From a virus, in the UHGV virus genome UHGV-0205693: a DNA stretch of 36,794 nt, one strand, 5' to 3'. Below, piece by piece: positions 16,073-25,549 of the stretch. The position numbers and the translations under genes are program-made. Each line of letters begins with the position of its first letter. Positions within the stretch are counted from its first letter, which is position 1. Below the pieces are notes generated by a model. That model ran no database searches, was not told the DNA's origin, and was given only the letters and a program-made list of their open reading frames with translations.

Positions 16073-16669
16073 ATGGCGCAGTATTCTTTTGTAAAAGCAC
16101 CTGGCGGTGTATTAATTCCAGCAACGCCTGACGCCCGCGAATTCTTAGAAAAAAAAGTTCGCATGGGCGGTATTCTGTATGCGGATTTTAAGCAGGCAAG
16201 AAACCCGGCGTTCCACCGCAAATTTTTTGCCCTCCTGAATCTGGGATTTGATTACTGGCAACCTTCCGGCGGTGCAATATCGCCAGCCGATAAAAAACTG
16301 GTTCGTGGTTACGTGCAGCTGGTGGCCCACTATGCCGGGCATGCCGACACATTGCAGGAACTGGCTGATCAGTATCTCCGCGATGAAGCAGAAAAACGCG
16401 CCGGAAATATTAGTGCGGTTAAATCGTTTGAAGCGTTCCGTTCCTGGGTAACTATCGAAGCCGGTTTTTATACCGAATACCAGATGCCTGATGGCACTAC
16501 CCGCAAGGAACCCAAATCCATATCGTTCGCAAAAATGGACGATGTAGAATTTTCTCAGCTGTATAAATCCGTATTAGACGTCCTCTGGAATTTTATTTTA
16601 TTCCGCACATTCCCCAATCAGCAGGCAGCAGAAAACGCAGCCTCGCAATTATTCAGCTATGCCGCCTGA
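16073..16669 (+). CDS. DUF1367-family lambdoid phage nin-region protein
   Basis: MAQYSFVKAPGGVLIPATPDAREFLEKK...FHRKFFALLNLGFDYW matches the DUF1367 pattern as I recall it. Confidence 0.55.
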   Translation: MAQYSFVKAPGGVLIPATPDAREFLEKKVRMGGILYADFKQARNPAFHRKFFALLNLGFDYWQPSGGAISPADKKLVRGYVQLVAHYAGHADTLQELADQYLRDEAEKRAGNISAVKSFEAFRSWVTIEAGFYTEYQMPDGTTRKEPKSISFAKMDDVEFSQLYKSVLDVLWNFILFRTFPNQQAAENAASQLFSYAA

Positions 16670-16680
16670 GAAATATCGCC

Positions 16681-16983
16681 ATGACCAAAGACGATAAACG
16701 CTGGCTGGAAGACGTTGCATCACTGGGTTGCGTCGTATGCAGAAATCTTGGCTACGGCGCTACACCTGCAGAGGTTCACCATATCCGCAAAGGGCAGGGC
16801 ATAGCCCAGCGCGCCGACCACAAAGAAACTCTCCCGCTTTGCCCTCCACACCACAGAACCGGCGGACACGGCGTAGCTATCCACGCAGGGCAAAAAACAT
16901 GGGAAGAAAACTACGGAACGGAGACTGAATTGCTCGAACAGGTCACTAGCGAGGTAAAGGAATTACGCTTATGCAGAATTTAA
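16681..16983 (+). CDS. small Cys/His-rich HNH-like nuclease-motif protein (DUF1364/Ref-like)
   Basis: CVVC...HHIRKG...CPPHH arrangement, 100 aa. Common neighbour of DUF1367 in nin regions. Confidence 0.45.
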   Translation: MTKDDKRWLEDVASLGCVVCRNLGYGATPAEVHHIRKGQGIAQRADHKETLPLCPPHHRTGGHGVAIHAGQKTWEENYGTETELLEQVTSEVKELRLCRI

Positions 16984-17138
16984 TTCCGTCTCTAGGAGCA
17001 GCAGATAACGCTAAAAAATGCGGTTGGCCAGCGCGTCCGGAAAGCATGAAATTCTGTTCAGGCTCCTTTTTCATTCTGGCGGGCGGCGATTTTGCCCTTC
17101 TCTATGCTCGCGCACGCGCGCGTTTAGGGGGCTGATTT

Positions 17139-17435
17139 ATGCCGCTGGTCGCCACCTTCCGTACAGACTGGTTCAGAGTCATTACTGACCTGACACGAAA
17201 AAACCTCACCACTCAGCAAATCGCCGATGAACTTGGCGTTTCGAAATCTGCCGTTCTCGGTTGGAAATCCGGATCAGAACCTCGCCACGGTCACGGTGAG
17301 GCACTTATCGCTCTCTGGTGTCTGGCTACCAGCTCAGACCGTAAAAAACTCCCCACAGTGCTTTATCGGCAGTGGTGGACGTTCCGCCGCCCTGTTTTTG
17401 GTCGGGAAACTGACCAGAAGGGCAACACACAATGA
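17139..17435 (+). CDS. HTH protein (Nu1/AlpA-like helix-turn-helix), possible late-gene regulator
   Basis: TTQQIADELGVSKSAVLGWKSG resembles the Nu1/MerR-type HTH. Located immediately upstream of the structural operon. Confidence 0.35.
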   Translation: MPLVATFRTDWFRVITDLTRKNLTTQQIADELGVSKSAVLGWKSGSEPRHGHGEALIALWCLATSSDRKKLPTVLYRQWWTFRRPVFGRETDQKGNTQ

Positions 17436-17453
17436 CGACTCACTAATTCAGGA

Positions 17454-17903
17454 GTGAAAAAAATGGCTCGACCGAAAAAAATCGTTGAGACGCCGGGGCA
17501 GGAAAAAACGGCGCCGGAAGAAAAAACGCTCGTTACAGAGGGGCAATTAATTACTGCTGAACAGAACGGCGCGCAGCAGCAGGGTAACGGTAGCGACGAA
17601 CAGACCGTGCAGCAGAACGTTGCGACGTTGCTGGGCGCGACCGCACTGGCCGAGCGCAACGCCATTCTTGGCACACTCAATGCGCAGGGCGCCACCATCG
17701 TTGCCCGCTTCGAAGAGCTGGGCTTTACCGATCTGAACGACCAGAGTCTTACCGACAATCTCGAATTCCTCACCCTCGTACGTAAAGCCACTGAGGCTAC
17801 CACCGGCGGTACGGGCGCAATGGTGACGAACGAAGAGGGCAAGCCGCAGCCGGTACGCGGCGCACCCGTATTAACCGAACACGGCTGGCACGTTCCGGGC
17901 TAA
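17454..17903 (+). CDS. hypothetical (putative virion) protein, 149 aa
   Basis: ORF with an AGGAGTG RBS. First gene of the structural block. Confidence 0.45.
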   Translation: MKKMARPKKIVETPGQEKTAPEEKTLVTEGQLITAEQNGAQQQGNGSDEQTVQQNVATLLGATALAERNAILGTLNAQGATIVARFEELGFTDLNDQSLTDNLEFLTLVRKATEATTGGTGAMVTNEEGKPQPVRGAPVLTEHGWHVPG

Positions 17904-17913
17904 GGAGAATTTT

Positions 17914-18135
17914 ATGTGTGGTAGCGCACCCAAAGTTGTACAGCAGGATCCGCAGGCTGAGGCAGATGCAGCAGCCGACGCCGCAGCAAAGGCAGCGAAC
18001 GCCGACGCCGCAGCGCGCAAAAAGCGCAAACAGGGATCATCCCTGCTGGCCAGCGGCGCAGAAGGCGCGACGGATACAGGTTCATCCCTGCTTTCCTCTG
18101 GCGCCCAGGCAGCAAAAAACACCTTAGGGGCATAA
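17914..18135 (+). CDS. small Ala/Ser-rich protein (73 aa) with a repeated GSSLL(A/S)SGA motif
   Basis: AAGGAGA RBS. Alternative overlapping frames lack an RBS. Confidence 0.4.
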   Translation: MCGSAPKVVQQDPQAEADAAADAAAKAANADAAARKKRKQGSSLLASGAEGATDTGSSLLSSGAQAAKNTLGA

Positions 18136-18138
18136 TCG

Positions 18139-19761
18139 ATGGATGAACTCGCCGTAAAGCTGGTTAAGCGTGCCGATACGCTGAAAGCCAACCGACAGGT
18201 GCACGAAAGTGTCTGGCGGGAATGCTACGACTACACCTATCCGCTGCGCGGCGCGGGGCTATCCGATGAGGTGCTGGACGCACAGAGCGCGAAATCGAAG
18301 GTGGCACGGCTGCTTGACGGCACGGCCACCGACAGCGCCCGCATGCTGGCGTCTGCTCTCATGTCCGGCATGACCCCGGCAAACGCGCAGTGGCTGAACC
18401 TCGACAGCGAATCGCTGCCGGATGATGCCGCCGCGTGGTTGTCCACCTGCGCAACGCTGGTATGGGAAAACATCCACGCCGCCAATTTCGACGCCGAAGG
18501 CTACGAGGTGAATCTCGATGTGGTGTGTGCTGGCTGGTTTGCGCTGTACATCGACGAAGACCGCGAAGAGGGCGGATTCTCGTTCCAGCAGTGGCCGCTG
18601 GCGCAGTGCTTTGTCACTTCCACCCGTCGCGACGGCATCGTGGACACGATTTATCGCCGCTACCAGCTCACCGCAGAGCAGGCGATTAAAGAATTCGGCG
18701 CGGATAAGGTCAGCAAGAAGATTCGCGACGCAGCCGCCAAAAAGCCGGATGACAAATTCGACTTCCTGCACTGCATTTTCCCGCGTGAAAACTACGTGGT
18801 GAATGCGCGCCTGGCTAAAAACCTGCGCTTTGCATCGTACAACGTGGAGGTGAGCGGCAAGCTCATCGTGCGCGAATCCGGCTATCACGAATTCCCCTGC
18901 TGCGTACCGCGCTGGATGAAAATCCCCGGCACGCCGTACGGTATCGGCCCGGTATACGACGCGCTGCCGGACTGCAAAGAGCTGAACGAAACGAAGCGCA
19001 TGGAGAAAGCCGCGCAGGATCTGGCTATCGCCGGGATGTGGATTGCCGAAGATGACGGCGTACTCAATCCGCGCACGGTCAAGGTCGGCCCGCGCCGCAT
19101 CATCGTGGCGAACAGCGTAGACAGCATGAAACCGTTGCTCACCGGCGCCGATTTCAACGTGGCGTTTACTGCAGAAGAACGCCTGCAGGCGTCGATCCGC
19201 AAAATCATGATGGCCGACCAGCTGCAACCGCAGGACGGCCCGGCAATGACCGCTACCGAAGTGCATGTGCGTGTCGCGCTGATCCGCCAGCTGCTCGGCC
19301 CGGTCTATGGCCGATTCCAGGCTGAATACCTGCAACCACTGGTAGAACGCTGTTTCGGTCTGGCATTCCGCGCCGGTGTATTCCCGCCAGCGCCGGATAG
19401 CCTGCAAAACGCCAATTTCAACGTGCGCTATATCTCGCCGCTTGCCCGCGCGCAGCAGCTGGAAAACGTCACCGCTATTGAACGCCTTGGCGCGAACGTG
19501 GCCAATCTGGCGCAGGTATCACCAGAAGTCACCGACCTAATCGACACCGACGAAGCGACCCGCGTGATAGCGGATGCGCTGGGCGTACCGGCGAAAGTCA
19601 TTCGCTCGTCTGATGCCGTCGAGCAACTTCGCCAGCAGCGCCAGCAGGCGCAGCAGCAACAGGCAGGGCAAGCGCTAATGATGCAGGCAGGTAGCGAAGC
19701 GGCAACCGCCGCAGGGCAGCAGGCAGGCGCAGCACTGGGCCAACGAGTAGCGGGGGGTTAA
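18139..19761 (+). CDS. portal (head-to-tail connector) protein, T7 gp8-like
   Basis: 540 aa. The central region (...IIVANSVDSMKPLLTGADFNVAFTAEERLQASIRKIMMADQL...) and the Q-rich C-terminus are organised as in the podovirus gp8. Gene order portal-scaffold-capsid. Confidence 0.7.
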   Translation: MDELAVKLVKRADTLKANRQVHESVWRECYDYTYPLRGAGLSDEVLDAQSAKSKVARLLDGTATDSARMLASALMSGMTPANAQWLNLDSESLPDDAAAWLSTCATLVWENIHAANFDAEGYEVNLDVVCAGWFALYIDEDREEGGFSFQQWPLAQCFVTSTRRDGIVDTIYRRYQLTAEQAIKEFGADKVSKKIRDAAAKKPDDKFDFLHCIFPRENYVVNARLAKNLRFASYNVEVSGKLIVRESGYHEFPCCVPRWMKIPGTPYGIGPVYDALPDCKELNETKRMEKAAQDLAIAGMWIAEDDGVLNPRTVKVGPRRIIVANSVDSMKPLLTGADFNVAFTAEERLQASIRKIMMADQLQPQDGPAMTATEVHVRVALIRQLLGPVYGRFQAEYLQPLVERCFGLAFRAGVFPPAPDSLQNANFNVRYISPLARAQQLENVTAIERLGANVANLAQVSPEVTDLIDTDEATRVIADALGVPAKVIRSSDAVEQLRQQRQQAQQQQAGQALMMQAGSEAATAAGQQAGAALGQRVAGG

Positions 19762-19994
19762 TGGCTACTAAACAAGTATCACCGGCGGACTACAAACGCA
19801 TTTTCGAGGAAATGCCGGGCGGCACGCAGGTACTGGATGATTTAACGCGCCGATTCGGGCGTGCGGCATACGTTCCCGGCGGCGCCGAGGGCGACCGCGA
19901 AACCTGTTACCGGGCCGGACAACGTGCCGTGCTCGATTTCATTCTGATGCAAATCAACCGTGTAGATGGAGTAAACGACGATGTGGAAGATTAA
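19761..19994 (+). CDS. hypothetical protein (77 aa)
   Basis: ORF coupled to the portal stop. Confidence 0.35.
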   Translation: MATKQVSPADYKRIFEEMPGGTQVLDDLTRRFGRAAYVPGGAEGDRETCYRAGQRAVLDFILMQINRVDGVNDDVED

Positions 19995-20829
19995 ACACTT
20001 ATTCATGAACGCCGAGCAGGGCGCCGAAGCGCCAGCAGGCAGCACAGGGGGTAATGATGGTGGCAATGGCGGTGGTACTGAAAATCAGGGCGCTGATAAT
20101 TCTGCTGGCAATACACTTCTCAGCACCGGAGCGGGCGAACCGGGCGCGAATGACTGGATACCTGAAAAATACCGCGTTATGGGCGAAGGTGGAAAACTCG
20201 ACATTGAAGGCTCTGCCCGCAAACTGGCGCATGCTTACTCGCACCTTGAAAAGCGCATGGGCAGCGGCGACGCGCCGCCGAAAACGGCAGATGATTATGC
20301 ACCTGAGGTGAAGGCCGAGGGCTTCAACTGGGACGAGTTCAAGGCCGATCCCCGCATGCAATCATTCATGAAGTCGGCGCACGCCAAGGGCATCACTAAC
20401 GATCAGATGGGATTTATTATCAGCGAATACGCGCAGATTGCGCCTGAACTGGTCAACGGCGCCGCGGCGCTGGATTCGGAGGCGGCCACCACGCAGCTGC
20501 GCGAAGTCTGGAAGACTGACGCGGAATTTAACAAGAATATCGGTCTGGCTTTCCGCGCGTTCAATTCCCTGACCGATGAAGGTGATCGCGGCCGCATTGA
20601 TGAAATCGGCAATAACCCGATGGTGATCCGCATGCTGGCGAAAATCGGTGCGGAAATGCAGGAAGACGCGCCAGCGGGCGCAGACAGCAACCCGGCAGAG
20701 CAGCAATCAATCCGCGACCTGATGAAGTCCGAAGCGTACATGAATCCGAAGCATACCGACCATGAACGCGTATCTGCACAGGTTAAAGCGTACTACCAGA
20801 AGCGTTACGGCGAGCAAACCGTAGTGTGA
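19981..20829 (+). CDS. putative scaffolding protein (acidic, Gly-rich N-terminus)
   Basis: Position between portal and capsid. Composition is typical of scaffolds. True start may be the ATG at 20007. Confidence 0.5.
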   Translation: MWKIKHLFMNAEQGAEAPAGSTGGNDGGNGGGTENQGADNSAGNTLLSTGAGEPGANDWIPEKYRVMGEGGKLDIEGSARKLAHAYSHLEKRMGSGDAPPKTADDYAPEVKAEGFNWDEFKADPRMQSFMKSAHAKGITNDQMGFIISEYAQIAPELVNGAAALDSEAATTQLREVWKTDAEFNKNIGLAFRAFNSLTDEGDRGRIDEIGNNPMVIRMLAKIGAEMQEDAPAGADSNPAEQQSIRDLMKSEAYMNPKHTDHERVSAQVKAYYQKRYGEQTVV

Positions 20830-20847
20830 CACGCCACGGTAATATCA

Positions 20848-20878
20848 AAGGCCAGTATAACTTCGCTGGCTTTTTCTA
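20848..20878 (+). terminator. rho-independent terminator (GGCCAG-loop-CTGGC followed by TTTTT) after the scaffold gene
   Basis: Seen directly. Confidence 0.5.
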
Positions 20879-20950
20879 TTTAAAGTTAATGACTTTTCTT
20901 GCCTTTTACTCTTAAATATCCTTCGATAGTTTCTTCATAAGGGTAAGCGT

Positions 20951-21835
20951 ATGGACGAATTAGCTGATGCGGTAAAGAAAACTTTAATTCAAAGAATAAA
21001 CACTCCTCTTTTCGGGTTCATAGTCCTCTCATGGCTGGGGTTTAACTGGGATAGTTTATTGATAGTTTTAATGGGTAGTGGAGAACTACAAGATAGAATC
21101 ATTAAAGTGAAAAGTGAACCATGTATTTTTTGGTATTCTGTAGTTGCTCCTATCCTTTTGGGTTTTATTATTGCCGTTCTTTTTCCTTATGCTAGTCATG
21201 CTGTGAGTTTTTTTCAAAGATGCGCGCAAAAAATCGCTGATGGTAACGATATCAAAAGGGCAAAATCTGAGAGTGAGGCTCGTGAAATCATTGCTGAATA
21301 CACAGCTAAAGCAGATAGCGCACTAGCTTATCAAACATCTCTGTTTGCAAAAAGGAATGCAGAAGAAGAACTCAAGGTTACTAAAGTTACACATGATATC
21401 GAGAGCATTAAGAAGTCATATGAAGAAGCTGAAGAACAATTTAATATTTTAAGTTCGAAGCTTGAGTTGGCGGAAGGGAAACTTAATGAAATTGAAGGTG
21501 AAATAAATTCTAAGTCGGATGCTCTTAAAGATTTAGTAGATGAGCTAGGCCCTTATGAGAAAATAAAAAATAAAATTGAGGAGGATAAAAATAGATTAAT
21601 GGACACTATGGCAACTATTGATAGGTCAGTTAGTTCCATTTTCAGAGAAATATCAAAATTTGGCTATCGAGTACATTTTGACGATGACCAAACTCCTGAT
21701 TATGACCCGACTAAAGCGACTAAAATTACCGATGAAGAAGCACGCTCAGCGTTTCGAGTTATAGGTCACGCGGCAAGAGTTATTGATGAATTCATGCCTG
21801 GCACAGGTTATAGGATAAAAGAACCCAGAGGGTAA
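20951..21835 (+). CDS. AT-rich moron: membrane protein with two N-terminal TM helices plus a long coiled coil (294 aa)
   Basis: TM segments LFGFIVLSWLGFNW and IFWYSVVAPILLGFIIAVLFPY. Heptad-rich region EELKVTKVTHDIESIKKSYEEAEEQFNILSSKLELAEGKLNEIEGEINSKSD. GC content far below the neighbours. Confidence 0.6.
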   Translation: MDELADAVKKTLIQRINTPLFGFIVLSWLGFNWDSLLIVLMGSGELQDRIIKVKSEPCIFWYSVVAPILLGFIIAVLFPYASHAVSFFQRCAQKIADGNDIKRAKSESEAREIIAEYTAKADSALAYQTSLFAKRNAEEELKVTKVTHDIESIKKSYEEAEEQFNILSSKLELAEGKLNEIEGEINSKSDALKDLVDELGPYEKIKNKIEEDKNRLMDTMATIDRSVSSIFREISKFGYRVHFDDDQTPDYDPTKATKITDEEARSAFRVIGHAARVIDEFMPGTGYRIKEPRG

Positions 21836-21860
21836 CAGCACGGCTTACTTTCGCTCATTT

Positions 21861-21876
21861 GGTCGGGATTCCGACC
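21861..21876. repeat. GGTCGGGATTCCGACC hairpin-repeat copy 2 (26 nt after the membrane/coiled-coil moron)
   Basis: Stem GGTCGG/CCGACC with loop GATT. Twenty bp are identical to the copy at 34583-34604. Confidence 0.7.
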
Positions 21877-22024
21877 GCTCTCCTCGCTAACAATCACTCC
21901 ACAACCAGCCCGGCGGGGACGCCGGATACCTGATTTTCCCGCAATGCGCCAGCGCCAACCGCATTGTGCTGATTTGGGCCGGGAAACCGATACCCCGCAG
22001 GCGATACTTTCTGGAGTGATTGTT

Positions 22025-22936
22025 ATGTCATTTGATACCGCTAAGAACATGATCACCGCTGCGTTTGTTCAGCAGTTCCATGATTCTTTCGAAATTGCCG
22101 CACAGCAGAAGGATTCCCGCCTGCAAGCTGCTGTTTACGACCGTGGCAATATTACCGGTGCGTCGTTCACCATCAACGATATGGGTACCATCGAAATGAC
22201 CCAGATCACCGAGCGTTTCGGTGATACCGTCTGGGATCTGCCTGATGCCGGCACCCGTAATGCGCTGATGGCTGACTATGGCGTATTCGTGCCAGTGGAA
22301 AAGCGCGACCTGCGCAAACTGCTGGCTGACCCGCAGGGGCCATATTTGCAGCTGACGCTGGCCGCATCCAACCGCAAAAAAGACGATGTTATTTATCGCG
22401 CGCTGCTCGATACCGTTCTGCGTAAAACCTCCAATACTGGCGCGTACGCTCCAGTTGCCTTGCCTGCATCGCAGAAAATCGTTGCTGGCGGTACAGGGAT
22501 GACCAAAGCGAAGCTGATCGCCGCGAAAGCCATGTTCCGCCGTAACGAGTGTGACGAGCAGAACGGTGAAGAGCTGTATATCACCTACAACGCCGACATG
22601 CTGACCCAAATCCTCAGCGATACCACGCTGACCAGCGCCGACTTTATGGCAGTGAAAATGCTGCAGGAAGGCGCAGTGTCTGGTAACTGGCTGGGCTTTA
22701 AGTGGCTGGCGTATGAAAAACTGGATTCTGCTTCAGCAGGTGATCCCGCTGTAACCACCAAAACCGCCGCAGCCTGGTGTAAATCTGCTGTGCATTTTGG
22801 TACCGGCGAAGAGTACAACGTCGATATCGGCCCGCGCCGCGATAAAAACAACACCATTCAGATTTCCGTCGATGCGTCCTATGGTGCAGGCCGCGCAGCG
22901 GAAAACAAAGTAGTCGCCATCGATTTCGTAGCATAA
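22025..22936 (+). CDS. major capsid protein (T7 gp10-like position, HK97-fold expected)
   Basis: 303 aa after the scaffold. RBS GGAGTG. The longer listed ORF start at 21944 lacks an RBS. Confidence 0.6.
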   Translation: MSFDTAKNMITAAFVQQFHDSFEIAAQQKDSRLQAAVYDRGNITGASFTINDMGTIEMTQITERFGDTVWDLPDAGTRNALMADYGVFVPVEKRDLRKLLADPQGPYLQLTLAASNRKKDDVIYRALLDTVLRKTSNTGAYAPVALPASQKIVAGGTGMTKAKLIAAKAMFRRNECDEQNGEELYITYNADMLTQILSDTTLTSADFMAVKMLQEGAVSGNWLGFKWLAYEKLDSASAGDPAVTTKTAAAWCKSAVHFGTGEEYNVDIGPRRDKNNTIQISVDASYGAGRAAENKVVAIDFVA

Positions 22937-22995
22937 AGCCGCTGGTGCCTTTGCCGGGGGATATCTCCCGGCCTTTTTTCATCTGAGGTAAGGCT

Positions 22996-23559
22996 ATGGC
23001 TGACAGTATTTCTATCTGCTCTAACGCACTGCTGGCGCTCGGTGCTCACCCGATTAACAGTTTCGACGAAAACACCGATCACGCCCGCCTGTGCTCAAAC
23101 CTTTATCCCACCGTACGCAATAAGCTACTGCGCGCGCATCCGTGGAACTGCGTTGTAAAACGTGTGGTTCTCTCTCCTGTCAGTACGGCACCGGTATTCG
23201 GTTTCCGCTTTCAGTTCGCACTACCCGGTGATCTTCTTCGCGTTCTGTCCGTTGGGGAACCTTACGACGATATCCCGTACCGCGTCGAAGGAAACCGGCT
23301 GCTGGCGAACGTGCAGGTACTGAAGCTGCGTTATGTGTTCCGCAACGAAGACGAATCCACCTGGGATGCCGCGCTCGTTGATGTGGCAGAAATGATGATG
23401 CAGGCAAAGCTGGCCTATGCCGTCACCGGCTCTACCAGTCTGCGCGACAGTCTCGCCCAGGAATCGCTGGTACTGCTGAAGCAGGCGAAGGCGGTGGATG
23501 GTCAGGAAGACCCACCGGAAGAGCTTGGCGGCTATCCAACCTACGAATCGAGGTTCTGA
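22996..23559 (+). CDS. tail tubular protein A (T7 gp11-like)
   Basis: N-terminus ICSNALLALGAHPINSFDE parallels the T7 gp11 segment AVNDILASIGEPPVSTLEG. Similar size. Followed by the gp12-like gene. Confidence 0.65.
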   Translation: MADSISICSNALLALGAHPINSFDENTDHARLCSNLYPTVRNKLLRAHPWNCVVKRVVLSPVSTAPVFGFRFQFALPGDLLRVLSVGEPYDDIPYRVEGNRLLANVQVLKLRYVFRNEDESTWDAALVDVAEMMMQAKLAYAVTGSTSLRDSLAQESLVLLKQAKAVDGQEDPPEELGGYPTYESRF

Positions 23560-23560
23560 C

Positions 23561-25549
23561 ATGCGCGCCAATCTGATTAAAACCAATTTCACCGCTGGCG
23601 AAATTTCCCCGCGTCTTATGGGGCGCGTTGATATCGATCGCTATGCGAACGGCGCGAAGACGCTGGAAAATAGCGTGGTCGTAGTGCAGGGCGGGGTAAT
23701 GCGTCGTCCCGGTTCGCAGTATGTAGCGGCCACAAAGTACGGTGATAAAAAATCCCGCCTCATTCCGTACGTTTTTAACCGCACGCAGGCGTACATTCTG
23801 GAATTTGGCGACGGCTATCTGCGAATTTACCAGGACGGTAAGCAGCTGGTGAACGACGATAACACGCCGTATGAAATCGCCAGCCCGTACACCTCTGACA
23901 TGCTGCCATCGGTAAATTACGTTCAGGGCGCCGATACCATGTTTCTGGTGCATCAGGCCGTTAAACCGTATCGCCTGCAGCGACGCGGGCAAACCGATTG
24001 GGTTCTGGAACCGGCGCCGTTTATCGTTGAACCCTTCGACGAAGTACGCGACACACCGCAAAAGTGGTGCAAGCCATCAGTGAAAGAATTCGTCGGCTCG
24101 GAAATCACGCTGACACTGAGCGATGATGAACCGCCAGAAAGCGGAGACGGAACGCTCACCGGTGATGGCTGGGTGCCTGAAGATGTGGGCTCGTACGTAA
24201 GGATTAACAGCGGTCTGGTGCTGATCAAGAGCGTAACCAGTGCACAGGTTGCTGTCGGTACCATTCGCACCGATTTAAGCGCAACGCAGGCAGCATCGCC
24301 GGGCGCCTGGACTCGCGAGGATTCTGTCTGGACGGATGAATTTGGATACCCGGGTGCGGTAACGCTTTACCAGCAGCGGTTGGTTCTGGCTGGTTCGCCG
24401 CAGTATCCGCAAACTATCTGGTGGAGCGAATCGGGCGTATACCTCTCTTTCGAGCTGGGAACCGATGACGACGACGCGATCAGCTTTACGCTCTCTTCTG
24501 ACCAGCTTAACCCGATTGTTCACCTCGCGCAGATGAATACGCTAATTGCGCTGACGTACGGCGGCGAGTTCACCATCACCGCCGGCAATGATGCGGCGAT
24601 TACGCCTACCAATATTTCGGTAAAAAATCCCAGCCCGTACGGATGCAACGGGATCCGCCCTGTGCGCGTCGGTACCGAAATTATGTTCGTCCAGCGTTCT
24701 GGCCGTAAGCTCTACGCTGTCGCCTATGACCCCGACAGCTATGTAGCTTACTCGGCCAACGATATGACTGTACTGGCGGAACACATCACAGAAGGCGGTG
24801 TGATCGATATGGCGTATCAGCAGCAACCTGATGCGTTTACCTGGCTGGTTCGCAATGATGGCGTAATGGTGACAATGGCTATCGACCGGGTGCAGAACGT
24901 TGTCGCGTGGTCACGACAGATCACCAGTGGTGCGTTTGAGTCCGTAGCGACTATTCCCTCAGCGACTGACGATGTGGTGTACGCCATTGTGCGCCGTACG
25001 GTCAACGGCCAGACCGTTCGCTATGTCGAAATGTTCAGTAACGCCCTGTACACCGATGCAGCCGTGACGGGCTCCAGTGATACTGGCGCAACGACATGGG
25101 GCGGACTGTCGCACCTCGAAGGCGAGACCGTCGATATTGTCGCTGATGGCTCAGTGATGCCGCAGGCGGTCGTTTCATCCGGCCAAATCACGCTATCGCG
25201 CAAAGCCTACAAAGTCGAAATCGGCCTGCACTTTGAAACAACCATTACCACGCTGACACCTGAAGTCGCCACGTCTGAAGGCACCACGCAGAACACCCGT
25301 AAGCGCACAAGTGAAGTCACTATGCGTTTCCTCGAAACCACTGGCGCAGAGTGCAACGGCCAGGTGATCCCGTTCCGCACGTTCGGGCCAAAAATCCTCA
25401 ACCAGCCGGCGCCGTTGTTCACCGGCGATCACTACTGGGGAAAACTTGGCTGGGAGCGCGGAGAAGACACGCTGACTATTCAGCAGCGCCAGCCGCTGCC
25501 ATTTCATCTTCTCGCCATTGTCATCGTATTTACCAGCAACGGGGGCTAA
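23561..25549 (+). CDS. tail tubular protein B (T7 gp12-like)
   Basis: 663 aa starting MRANLIKTNFTAGEISPRL, positioned after the gp11-like gene. Confidence 0.6.
   Translation: MRANLIKTNFTAGEISPRLMGRVDIDRYANGAKTLENSVVVVQGGVMRRPGSQYVAATKYGDKKSRLIPYVFNRTQAYILEFGDGYLRIYQDGKQLVNDDNTPYEIASPYTSDMLPSVNYVQGADTMFLVHQAVKPYRLQRRGQTDWVLEPAPFIVEPFDEVRDTPQKWCKPSVKEFVGSEITLTLSDDEPPESGDGTLTGDGWVPEDVGSYVRINSGLVLIKSVTSAQVAVGTIRTDLSATQAASPGAWTREDSVWTDEFGYPGAVTLYQQRLVLAGSPQYPQTIWWSESGVYLSFELGTDDDDAISFTLSSDQLNPIVHLAQMNTLIALTYGGEFTITAGNDAAITPTNISVKNPSPYGCNGIRPVRVGTEIMFVQRSGRKLYAVAYDPDSYVAYSANDMTVLAEHITEGGVIDMAYQQQPDAFTWLVRNDGVMVTMAIDRVQNVVAWSRQITSGAFESVATIPSATDDVVYAIVRRTVNGQTVRYVEMFSNALYTDAAVTGSSDTGATTWGGLSHLEGETVDIVADGSVMPQAVVSSGQITLSRKAYKVEIGLHFETTITTLTPEVATSEGTTQNTRKRTSEVTMRFLETTGAECNGQVIPFRTFGPKILNQPAPLFTGDHYWGKLGWERGEDTLTIQQRQPLPFHLLAIVIVFTSNGG

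Noticed and set aside
17918-18127. Alternative 69-aa frame overlapping the 17914-18135 ORF
   Set aside because: No RBS and an extreme Arg/Pro/Gln composition. The 17914 frame has an AAGGAGA SD.
18259-19407. 382-aa minus-strand ORF inside the portal gene, and similar long antisense ORFs (26940-27359, 27501-28160, 22028-22609)
   Set aside because: Typical antisense open frames in high-GC coding DNA. The sense-strand genes have recognisable virion-protein features.
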